From Candidatus Nanopelagicales bacterium (GTDB lineage Bacteria; Actinomycetota; Actinomycetes; S36-B12), in assembly GCA_044233495.1 (NCBI GenBank), contig JBIIJX010000002.1, forward strand, positions 1 through 42,690: DNA of 42,690 bases, read 5' to 3'. Shown piece after piece: positions 35,619 to 42,690 of this stretch. The translations under genes and the position numbers were made by a program. The notes under the pieces were generated by a model. The model made no database searches. It was not told where the DNA came from and worked only from the letters and a program-made list of their open reading frames with translations. Numbering within the stretch: position 1 is the first letter of the stretch; each line of letters opens with the position of its first letter.

Positions 35619-36958
35619 CCCGTCGACTCGTCATCGCGATGACCGTGCTCGTCGCGCTCGTCGCACTGGCCTTGGCCATACCGATGGCGATCGTCGTCGG
35701 CAACGATCAGCGAGCCGGGTTCGTGTCCCAGCTCGAGGTCGACACGTTGACGACGGCCGCCACGATGTCGTCGCAGCCCTTCATCGACTGGCAGGGCACG
35801 GCCGATGCGGTGGCGCAGCGCACCGGTGCCCGGGTCGTGGCGGTCTCACCGGAGCGCGCGCTGCAGGCCGACAGCGGGGGCAGCGATCTCGACCGCTCCT
35901 TCGACCGACCGGAGATCGACGATGCACTGGCGGGATCCCTCACGTCGGATGTGCGCACCTCGGTGACCCTCGGCGAGGACCTGCGCTTCGTCGCGGCGCC
36001 GATCATCCAGAACTTCCAGGTGGTCGGAGCCGTGCGCCTGTCGCTCCCGGAGTCCATCGTCGACGAGGAGGTGCAGGAGACCCAGCGCTGGCTGATCGTC
36101 TTCGTCGTCGCTGTCATGGCGGCGGCCGGCTTGGTCGCCTGGGTGCTGGCCCGGTCGATCGCCGCACCGTTGCGTGACCTGGCACAGGTGGCCGAGCAAC
36201 TCCCCGAGGATCTCGATCGCCGTGCGCGCACTCAGGACGGCCCGCCCGAGGTACGTGCTGTGGCGTCGGCCCTGAACAGCACTGCCGAGCGTCTCAGCGG
36301 GATCCTGCGTCGCACCCAGCGGGTTGCGGCGGATGCCTCGCATCACCTGCGCACGCCACTGACCGGAGTGCGCCTGCGGCTCGAGGCCATCGAGGACATC
36401 ACCGACCAGCCTGACGTCGCGCGCGAGGCCCGTGCCGCCACAGCCGAGGTTGATCGCCTCACGCATCGCATCGAGCAGGTGCTCGAACTTGCGCGCAGTG
36501 ACGCCTCGGCGGTCCCGGTCGTCGCACAGGACCTCTCCGCGATTCTCGCTGAGCGCATCGACGCAGCAGCGGTGATGGCCGACGAGCGCGGGCTCGCCCT
36601 CACGGGCGACATCGCTCCGGGAGTGGTGGTGGACGCGCCGCGGGGCAGCATGGCGCGCATCATCGACGAGCTCATCGGCAATGCATGCGACTACGCGCGC
36701 TCGGTGATCGACGTACGCCTGACCGGCGGCGGTGGTCCCGCGGTGCTGTCGGTGGCCGATGACGGTCCAGGCATTCCGGAGGCTGAGCGTGAGGCCGTGC
36801 TCGAGCGCTTCCATCGCGGCACCGGATCGGTGCCGGGCGGCTCCGGCCTCGGCCTTGCCCTCGTCAAGGAGACCGTGATGTCACTCGGGGGATCGGTACG
36901 CGCGGAGCAGTCGTCGATGGGCGGGGCGCAGATCGTTCTGGAGCTGCCGCGGGCGTGA
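35615..36958 (+). CDS. sensor histidine kinase
   Basis: GTG 35615 overlaps the response-regulator stop (GTGA). Two TMs flank a roughly 150-aa extracytoplasmic region. H-box SHHLRTPLTGV, N-box ELIGNACDY, G-boxes DDGPGIP and GGSGLGLALV. Confidence 0.9.
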   Translation: MTRRLVIAMTVLVALVALALAIPMAIVVGNDQRAGFVSQLEVDTLTTAATMSSQPFIDWQGTADAVAQRTGARVVAVSPERALQADSGGSDLDRSFDRPEIDDALAGSLTSDVRTSVTLGEDLRFVAAPIIQNFQVVGAVRLSLPESIVDEEVQETQRWLIVFVVAVMAAAGLVAWVLARSIAAPLRDLAQVAEQLPEDLDRRARTQDGPPEVRAVASALNSTAERLSGILRRTQRVAADASHHLRTPLTGVRLRLEAIEDITDQPDVAREARAATAEVDRLTHRIEQVLELARSDASAVPVVAQDLSAILAERIDAAAVMADERGLALTGDIAPGVVVDAPRGSMARIIDELIGNACDYARSVIDVRLTGGGGPAVLSVADDGPGIPEAEREAVLERFHRGTGSVPGGSGLGLALVKETVMSLGGSVRAEQSSMGGAQIVLELPRA

Positions 36959-36965
36959 GGGTCGT

Positions 36966-37610
36966 TCAGCCGGGGAGTACCCGGCCGATCCCGGTGTAGC
37001 TGCGCCCCCACCAGTCGCCCGAGATCGGGCTCACTCGCACGCGCCGGCCCACGCCGGGCGCGTCGATCATCTTGCCGCGGCCGATGTAGATGCCCACGTG
37101 GTGCTCGCCGTTCTCGAAGAAGAACACGAGATCGCCCGGCTTCGCCCTGTTCTTGCGGACCGGCTTCACGACGCGGTACTGCGCGCGCGAGTAGTGCGGC
37201 AGTTCACGTCCGGTGACCTTCTTGTAGACGAATCGGGTGAGCCCGGAGCAGTCGAAGGCGTTGGGTCCCTCGCGCCCGGGCACGTAGGGGTTGCCGATCT
37301 GCCTGCGCGCCACCTTGACGATCTGGGTGCGGAGCTTGGCGACGCGTGCCATGCGCGAAGCGCGGATGCTGCGCTCGCGATCGGCGCGCTCCTGCTCGGG
37401 GGTGCGCGTGCGCACCTCGGCCGCGATCAGGCTGGTGGTGCGGACGTCGACGGCGGCGGCAGGGACCGTGGCAGCGGCGGGCGCCGCGACGGCGGCGGGG
37501 GGCTGGCCCGTGCCTCCGAGTCCGGTCAGGACGCCGACCGCGAGGGCCGCGGCCGTGGCCGCGCTGCACACGGCCAGGACTGCTCGGCGGGGGATTGCCC
37601 TGCCCTTCAT
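36966..37610 (-). CDS. secreted NlpC/P60-family peptidoglycan endopeptidase
   Basis: Signal peptide. Catalytic FDCSGLTRFVY (Cys) and GDLVFF..HHVGIYIG (His). GGAGGG RBS upstream. Confidence 0.85.
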   Translation of the reverse strand: MKGRAIPRRAVLAVCSAATAAALAVGVLTGLGGTGQPPAAVAAPAAATVPAAAVDVRTTSLIAAEVRTRTPEQERADRERSIRASRMARVAKLRTQIVKVARRQIGNPYVPGREGPNAFDCSGLTRFVYKKVTGRELPHYSRAQYRVVKPVRKNRAKPGDLVFFFENGEHHVGIYIGRGKMIDAPGVGRRVRVSPISGDWWGRSYTGIGRVLPG

Positions 37611-37800
37611 GGCGCCCTCCCTTCGTCGACCTCGGTGAGCGGAATCCGGCCCTCAGGGGGCGGATGACCGGTCATGAATGGCCGACGCTAGGGGGGTGGG
37701 GCGGTGTCGTCACTTCGGGTGTCCGGTCAGCGGATCACCCCTGTGAAGGGCCGTGATCATCGTCACATTTCGTCAATTCAGCCACATTCGCCCCTCTAGC
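37611..37800 (-). ncRNA. structured 5' leader of the NlpC/P60 gene; candidate ydaO/yuaA-type cyclic-di-AMP riboswitch
   Basis: The minus-strand RNA contains AGGGGCGAAUG, CAGGGGUGAUCC, and ACCCGAAGUGACGACACC..UAGCGUCGG, which resemble the conserved ydaO blocks GGGGxGAAUC and ACCCGA..CAGCUAACC..AAGCG. A long-range helix forms between GCUAGAGGGGCG and CGCCCC..CUAGC. There is a 9-bp hairpin GGGUGAUCCG-CUGAC-CGGACACCC. C-rich tracts are complementary to the GGGAGGGCG RBS. The class is known to sit upstream of actinobacterial cell-wall hydrolases. Confidence 0.45.
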
Positions 37801-37926
37801 CACACTCACAACTGAGGTTTGTCAATTCGCCACGCCGATTGTTCGAGCCGACTAGCGTCCGGTTCCACACCGGTTTCACACCCGCCGCGCAGTCGCGACG
37901 AGCACGGCCACTCATGGGAGGCGACG

Positions 37927-39300
37927 ATGGACGACACCATCCAGCAGCACAAGTACACGCTCACCGAGGACCAGATGCCGACCACCTGGTACAACGTGAT
38001 GGCCGATCTCCCCGCGCCGCCTCCGCCGCCCCTGCACCCGGGCCGCATGGACCCGGTCGGACCGGATGACCTGGCCCCGCTGTTCCCGATGGACCTGATC
38101 CTCCAGGAGGTCTCCCAGGAGCGGTACATCGACATCCCGGGGGGCGTCCTCGACGTCTACCGGCAGTGGCGGCCGTCCCCCCTCTACCGGGCGCATCGGC
38201 TCGAGAAGGCCCTCGGCACCCCGGCGCGGATCTACTACAAGTACGAGGGCGTCTCGCCAGCCGGCTCGCACAAGACGAACACGTCCGTGCCGCAGGCGTA
38301 CTACAACAAGAAGGAGGGCACGACCAAGCTCACCACCGAGACCGGGGCCGGCCAGTGGGGCACTGCGCTGTCCTTCGCCTGTGCCCTGTACGGCCTCGAC
38401 TGCGAGGTGTGGCAGGTCGGTGCCTCCTACGACGCCAAGCCCTACCGCCGCCTGATGATCGAGACGTTCGGCGGCACGGTTCACCGCTCGCCGTCAGACG
38501 TCACCGCGATCGGCCGCGAGTTCGCCAAGGACCCGAAGAACTGGTCGGGCTCCCTCGGCATCGCCATCTCCGAGGCCGTCGAGGTCGCCGCGAGCGACCC
38601 CAACACGCGCTATGCCCTCGGCTCGGTGCTCAACCACGTGCTGCTGCACCAGACGATCATCGGCCAGGAGGCCCTGCTGCAGATGGAGATGGCGGGCGAC
38701 ACCCCCACCCTCATCGTCGGCTGCACCGGCGGCGGATCGAACTTCGCCGGGCTCTCGTTCCCGTTCCTGCGGGAGAAGATGGCCGGGCGCATGAACCCAC
38801 GGATCCTCGCTGTCGAGCCGGCGTCCTGCCCGTCGCTCACCCGGGGTGTCTACGCCTACGACTTCGGCGACACCGCAGGCATGACCCCGCTGATGAAGAT
38901 GCACACCCTCGGGCACGACTTCATCCCGGACCCGATCCACGCCGGCGGCCTGCGCTACCACGGCATGGCGCCGCTGATCTCGCACATCTACGAGCTCGGC
39001 CTGATGGACGCAGAGTCGGTGCCCCAGACGGAGTGCTTCGCCGCTGCGCTGCAGTTCGCCCGCACCGAGGGGATCGTGCCGGCCCCCGAGCCGACGCACG
39101 CGATCGCCAAGGCCATCGAGGCGGCACTGAAGGCCAAGGAGACCGGTGAGGAGACGGTCATCCTGACGGCGCTGTGCGGTCACGGTCACTTCGACCTCGC
39201 GGCGTACGACTCCTACCTCAGCGGCTCCATGGTCGATGAGGCTGTCAGTGACGCCCGGTTCGCCGAGGCCCTGTCGACCCTGCCGACGGTGTCCGTCTGA
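37927..39300 (+). CDS. trpB: TrpB-like PLP enzyme, type 2 tryptophan synthase beta (TrpB2)
   Basis: ATG 37927 after the GGGAGG RBS. Long N-terminal TrpB2 extension (YTLTEDQMPTTWYN). PLP lysine in PAGSHKTNT. GCTGGGSNFAG motif. Confidence 0.9.
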   Translation: MDDTIQQHKYTLTEDQMPTTWYNVMADLPAPPPPPLHPGRMDPVGPDDLAPLFPMDLILQEVSQERYIDIPGGVLDVYRQWRPSPLYRAHRLEKALGTPARIYYKYEGVSPAGSHKTNTSVPQAYYNKKEGTTKLTTETGAGQWGTALSFACALYGLDCEVWQVGASYDAKPYRRLMIETFGGTVHRSPSDVTAIGREFAKDPKNWSGSLGIAISEAVEVAASDPNTRYALGSVLNHVLLHQTIIGQEALLQMEMAGDTPTLIVGCTGGGSNFAGLSFPFLREKMAGRMNPRILAVEPASCPSLTRGVYAYDFGDTAGMTPLMKMHTLGHDFIPDPIHAGGLRYHGMAPLISHIYELGLMDAESVPQTECFAAALQFARTEGIVPAPEPTHAIAKAIEAALKAKETGEETVILTALCGHGHFDLAAYDSYLSGSMVDEAVSDARFAEALSTLPTVSV

Positions 39301-39323
39301 CGGTTCGATCGACCCGCGACCTA

Positions 39324-39371
39324 CGTCCGTCGTGGCTGCGCATCCCCGTGGAGCAGCAGCCACGACGGACG
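39324..39371 (+). terminator. 16-bp perfect stem-loop (CGTCCGTCGTGGCTGC / GCAGCCACGACGGACG, 16-nt loop), probable factor-independent terminator without a U-tract
   Basis: Read directly. It starts 24 nt after the trpB2 stop. Actinobacterial terminators frequently lack U-tracts. Confidence 0.55.
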
Positions 39372-39407
39372 CATGTCGGGGCTCGTGTGGATCAGTAGGG
39401 TGAGCGC

Positions 39408-40634
39408 GTGAGTTCCCCGCAGCCGCGCGCCGCTCTCGCCAAGGGACTGGTGTTCGTGGGTGGGGCCACGATGATCGGCAATGGCGCGGCCTACCTGCTC
39501 AGCATGGTCGCGGCCCGCATCCTCGTGCCGGCCGAGTTCGGCGCCCTGGGCGCCCTGCTGGGCCTGCTGGTCATCATCAGCACCGTCGGCATCGCCATGC
39601 AGGCCTTCACCGCCCGACGCGTCGCCGTCGCGACCTCCGACCGCAGCGCCGTCGAGGGCGAGACGATCCGGCTGGCGTCCATCGTGGCCGCCGCCATCAT
39701 CATCGGCGGTCTCCTGCTGGCGTGGCCCGTCGGCGTCCTCTTCCAGATCCCCTTCTTCGCCGTGGCGACAGGCATCGCCTCGATCGGCTTCGTCATCCTC
39801 GGATCCGCCGCGATGGGCATCGCGCAGGGCCGCGAGGAGCACCTGCGACTGTCCTGGGCGTTCATCGCGAACGGCGTGGGTCGCGCGACCGGCGGCATCG
39901 TCGGCGTCGTGATCCTGCAGTCGGTCACCGGTGTCGGCGTGGGCGTGATGATCGGGTGCGCCGTCGGTGCCTTCGTGTCCTACCGCCTCATCTGCCCGGG
40001 TGCCTGGGCGGCAGCCATTCCGAAGGGCGTTCCGGCGGAGTTCGGGCACGTCGTGCACGCCCTCGCCGTGCTGTTCACCCTGACCAACGTCGACGTCCTC
40101 CTCGCGCGCATCTTCCTCACCGAGGACCAGTCGGGTGAGTACGCGGTCGGCGTCCTGCTGGCGAAGATCGCCTTCTTCCTGCCCAATGCGATCATCATCG
40201 TGCTCTTCCCGAAGATGACCGGTGGCCGCAGCAATCGCACGGTCTACCTCGCCACCGGCCTGACGGCCTGTGTCGGCCTGGTCATCACCGGCTTCAGCTT
40301 CCTCTTCGGCAACCTCGTCATCCGCATCCTCGGCGGAGCCCAGTACACCGAGCTCGGTTCCGAGGCCTGGCTGTTCGCCCTCGAGGGGTCGGCCTTCGCC
40401 CTCGTCCAGGTACTCCTGTACGCGCGCCTGGCGACCCAGGACACCCGCGCCGTGCTGGCCGTCTGGGCCGCCCTCGTCGTGCTCGTCGCCGTCGTCGCCC
40501 TGTGGCGGCACGACTCCGTCGCCGACATCGTCACCACCGTCGTGGTCGTCTCCCTCGCCCTCACCGTCGTGGGCCTGATCATGGATCGACGGCAGACCCC
40601 GTCCGTGCCGATCCCACTCGAACCCGCTGAGTGA
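39408..40634 (+). CDS. MOP-superfamily polysaccharide/oligosaccharide flippase-like membrane protein
   Basis: 408 aa with about 12 hydrophobic spans. The N-terminal region resembles Wzx/polysaccharide-biosynthesis proteins. GTG start. Confidence 0.7.
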   Translation: MSSPQPRAALAKGLVFVGGATMIGNGAAYLLSMVAARILVPAEFGALGALLGLLVIISTVGIAMQAFTARRVAVATSDRSAVEGETIRLASIVAAAIIIGGLLLAWPVGVLFQIPFFAVATGIASIGFVILGSAAMGIAQGREEHLRLSWAFIANGVGRATGGIVGVVILQSVTGVGVGVMIGCAVGAFVSYRLICPGAWAAAIPKGVPAEFGHVVHALAVLFTLTNVDVLLARIFLTEDQSGEYAVGVLLAKIAFFLPNAIIIVLFPKMTGGRSNRTVYLATGLTACVGLVITGFSFLFGNLVIRILGGAQYTELGSEAWLFALEGSAFALVQVLLYARLATQDTRAVLAVWAALVVLVAVVALWRHDSVADIVTTVVVVSLALTVVGLIMDRRQTPSVPIPLEPAE

Positions 40635-40720
40635 CCCACGACGGGCGTGTCGCACCGCGTCGTCGTCCGTAGCCTTGCAGCGGATGGCAGAGTGCAGGGA
40701 GGGCGTGACGAGGGAGAGGA

Positions 40721-42268
40721 ATGCCTGACCAGCCGAACGATGGCCGCGCGGACGCCGGACAGCCACCGGTCGACGACACCGGCTCCGGCACCGCGACTGC
40801 CGGAGAGGCCACCGTCGAGATGGCAGCCGCATCGCCCGAATCCGCGCAGCCGGATCCCACGGCGCCCCAGCAGGCGGCCGCTCCCATCGACCCGGAGATG
40901 CTCGCCGCCTTCCTCAGTGGGGCGCCGAAGCCCACTGCCGCCGAAGCCCCGGAACTTGCGGCGGCAGCGCCTCCCGCGTCCCCTGCACCGGCCGCGGGTG
41001 CTCCTGCGTCCCACCGCCGCTCGGCCCGGTCGACCGTCCTCACGGTGCTCGGGGTCGTCCTTCTCGTCGTGGCCGTGGGCGCCGCCGGCATCTATGTCGG
41101 TCGCCTGACGGCGCCCGCGCCCGAGGTCGTCCTCCAGGCGCCGGACGAGGTCGTCGAGGAGCCGCCCGGGGCCCCGCTCATGCCCGTCGGCCCCCTGCCG
41201 GTCCCGGCTCCCGGCACCGTCGTCATCACCACCGCCCGCGTACCGACCTCCACGTGGGCGGTGGTCCTCAACGGCACCGCAGCCCTCTCGGACGACACCG
41301 GGTCGGCCCCCGGCTACCGACTGGTCAACGAGGGCATCAGCGGAGCCCAGGTCGCCGGCATCATCGCCGCGACATTCGGGATGAGCGGCTCGGCCAGCGT
41401 GACCGACACCGGCTGGGAGGTGGGTTCGCCGAGCGGCCCGCGCGTGAGCGTCGTCGACGACCCCCTGTTCAGCTGGTACTACGACGACCCGGCGGCAGCC
41501 CTTCCTCCGTCCGACGAGGTCCTCGCGCCCGTCGACGCCATCGCCCTGGCCACGCAGACCCTCACGAGCATCGGTGTCGAGCTGACCTCCGTCGAGTACG
41601 AGGTCTCAGAAGTCGAAGGCCGCACCGCCGTCAGCGTGTGGCAACTCGTCGGCGACCAGCGGACCCAGCTCGGCTGGCGCATGGTCTTCGATGCCGACGG
41701 TTCCATCGTGGCTGCGTCGGGGTTCTCGTCCGGGTTCCTCGCGGTCCCCGACTACCCGGTGGTGGGCGCGGCCACGGCCGTCGCGCGGTCCCGTCAGGCC
41801 CCGTGGACATCGATTCCCGCCAGCCCGATCACGGGGCCGACGGACGAGTCCGAGATGCCGATGGCGCCCGCGCCCAACGCATCGGGCATCCCGTCGGTCG
41901 ATCTGCCGATGTCGGAGGTCGACGTGCTCTCCGCCGAGCTTGGCCTGGCTCAGTACTGGCAGCCCGACGGGTCGATCCTGCTGCTTCCGTCGTACATCCT
42001 CACCGGCGCAGACGGCAGCACGTGGTCCCTGCTCGCGGTGGCCGAATCCGCGGTCCGGTTCGTGACTCAGCCCTACCCGCTGGATGGCGAGCAGCCGGGC
42101 TTCGTACCCGAGCCCTTCCCCCAGTCGAGCGCGGACGAGGAGGCCGACGGCCTCGATGGCGACGGCGACACCGCGACCCCGGCACCGCCCACGCAGGACG
42201 ATGGCATGGTCGACGAGTTCGGGGTGCCGATCGCGCCTCCGCCGGAGGACCCAGCAGCCGTCGAGTAG
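40721..42268 (+). CDS. membrane-anchored hypothetical protein (disordered Pro/Ala-rich N-terminus, single TM, about 370-aa extracytoplasmic region, acidic tail)
   Basis: ATG after the GGGAGAGGA RBS. TM helix VLTVLGVVLLVVAVGAAGIYV. No recognisable domain. Confidence 0.6.
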   Translation: MPDQPNDGRADAGQPPVDDTGSGTATAGEATVEMAAASPESAQPDPTAPQQAAAPIDPEMLAAFLSGAPKPTAAEAPELAAAAPPASPAPAAGAPASHRRSARSTVLTVLGVVLLVVAVGAAGIYVGRLTAPAPEVVLQAPDEVVEEPPGAPLMPVGPLPVPAPGTVVITTARVPTSTWAVVLNGTAALSDDTGSAPGYRLVNEGISGAQVAGIIAATFGMSGSASVTDTGWEVGSPSGPRVSVVDDPLFSWYYDDPAAALPPSDEVLAPVDAIALATQTLTSIGVELTSVEYEVSEVEGRTAVSVWQLVGDQRTQLGWRMVFDADGSIVAASGFSSGFLAVPDYPVVGAATAVARSRQAPWTSIPASPITGPTDESEMPMAPAPNASGIPSVDLPMSEVDVLSAELGLAQYWQPDGSILLLPSYILTGADGSTWSLLAVAESAVRFVTQPYPLDGEQPGFVPEPFPQSSADEEADGLDGDGDTATPAPPTQDDGMVDEFGVPIAPPPEDPAAVE

Positions 42269-42296
42269 GGCCTCGGGCACTACGGTGGGGGACTCA

Positions 42297-42381
42297 GGCG
42301 AGGTGGCAGAGCGGCCGATTGCAGGCGCCTTGAAAGCGCCCGAGGGGAAACCCTCCGGGGGTTCAAATCCCTCCCTCGCCG
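42297..42381 (+). tRNA. tRNA-Ser (anticodon UGA), CCA not encoded
   Basis: Acceptor GGCGAGG/CCTCGCC. Anticodon stem GGCGC/GCGCC with loop CUUGAAA. Long variable arm. T-loop TTCAAAT. Confidence 0.9.
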
Positions 42382-42382
42382 C

Positions 42383-42690
42383 GTGACGCGCATCATCTGG
42401 CTGGTCGTCATCGACCTCTCGGTCGTGATCGCGATCTCCGTCGCCATCGGCGCCTGGGCACCGCGCTGGCCAGCGGCGTGGCTGGGCAGCGACCCCGCAC
42501 TCCTCCGGCGCCTGCCCTGGGAGACCCCGGAGTACTTCCGGCGGCTGCGGGTCTCCAGGTGGGCCACGCGGCTGCCGGAACTCGGCGACATCTTCGGTGG
42601 CCAGCGCAAGGACGCACTGCCCGGGGCCACGACGCAGGCCCTCAACGCCTACCTCGTCGAGGTGCGCAGGGCCGAATGGGTGCACTGGGG
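42383..42690 (+). CDS. CrtO-like (glycosyl-4,4'-diaponeurosporenoate acyltransferase family) membrane protein, 3'-truncated by the window end
   Basis: The frame is open to the window end. N-terminal TM helix IIWLVVIDLSVVIAISVAIGAW. YFRRLRVSRWATRLPE and EVRRAEWVHW resemble the CrtO-family RKWK / ETKRAELIHW blocks. The start codon is uncertain (GTG 42383 is the most upstream). Confidence 0.5.
   Translation, partial: MTRIIWLVVIDLSVVIAISVAIGAWAPRWPAAWLGSDPALLRRLPWETPEYFRRLRVSRWATRLPELGDIFGGQRKDALPGATTQALNAYLVEVRRAEWVHW

Noticed and set aside
37611-37926. A Trp-codon leader peptide or T-box element upstream of trpB2.
   Set aside because: Only incidental short ORFs are present (for example ATG 37664, with 2 Trp codons, overlapping the minus-strand leader structure). 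There is no specifier/T-box motif or tandem Trp codons.
42297-42690. tRNA-Ser as the attachment site of a genomic island.
   Set aside because: No integrase, no direct repeat of the tRNA 3' end and no compositional shift are visible before the window ends. This cannot be assessed further from here.

Overview
High-G+C (about 70% by eye) actinobacterial chromosomal segment. It is densely coding: about 45 CDS and one tRNA-Ser(UGA). I saw no rRNA, CRISPR array, transposase or integrase. The many long Arg/Pro/Gly-rich ORFs in the six-frame track are shadow frames of real genes, so I chose frames and starts using motif content, third-codon-position G/C, RBS and start/stop overlaps.

Left to right:
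- secreted hypothetical protein and a GlcD-like FAD oxidase
- a vapBC toxin-antitoxin pair behind a perfect 13-1-13 AT-rich palindrome
- a tightly coupled minus-strand operon: TetR, GT1 glycosyltransferase, maltokinase-like (possibly glucosamine) kinase, SIS isomerase, HAD phosphatase
- a divergent polyamine-type ABC importer plus FAD oxidoreductase plus aldehyde dehydrogenase
- GDPD, a SEC-C-motif protein, MFS, TagA/WecG, a UPF0016/GDT1 cation transporter coupled to a degenerate-pore channel-like membrane protein
- DUF4446-pheA-rmlB (overlapping), rmlD, Cof-HAD, serS
- secreted S1 protease, divergent from a SET-domain protein
- a long minus-strand envelope/redox array: ApbE, ferric-reductase-like b-type membrane protein, PepSY protein with a periodic acidic tail, Ala/Pro-rich membrane anchor, divergent MoeA-like protein, RCK K+ channel, Qor. 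It is divergent from an OmpR/HK two-component system.
- NlpC/P60 hydrolase behind a highly structured leader that resembles a ydaO-type c-di-AMP riboswitch
- orphan TrpB2, a MOP flippase, a large membrane-anchored hypothetical, tRNA-Ser, and a CrtO-like gene that starts 1 nt after the tRNA

I consider three loci most worth follow-up: the ApbE/ferric-reductase/PepSY/MoeA-like array, the TetR-GT-kinase-SIS-HAD operon, and the candidate riboswitch. All functional calls come from motif recognition by eye; no searches were run.
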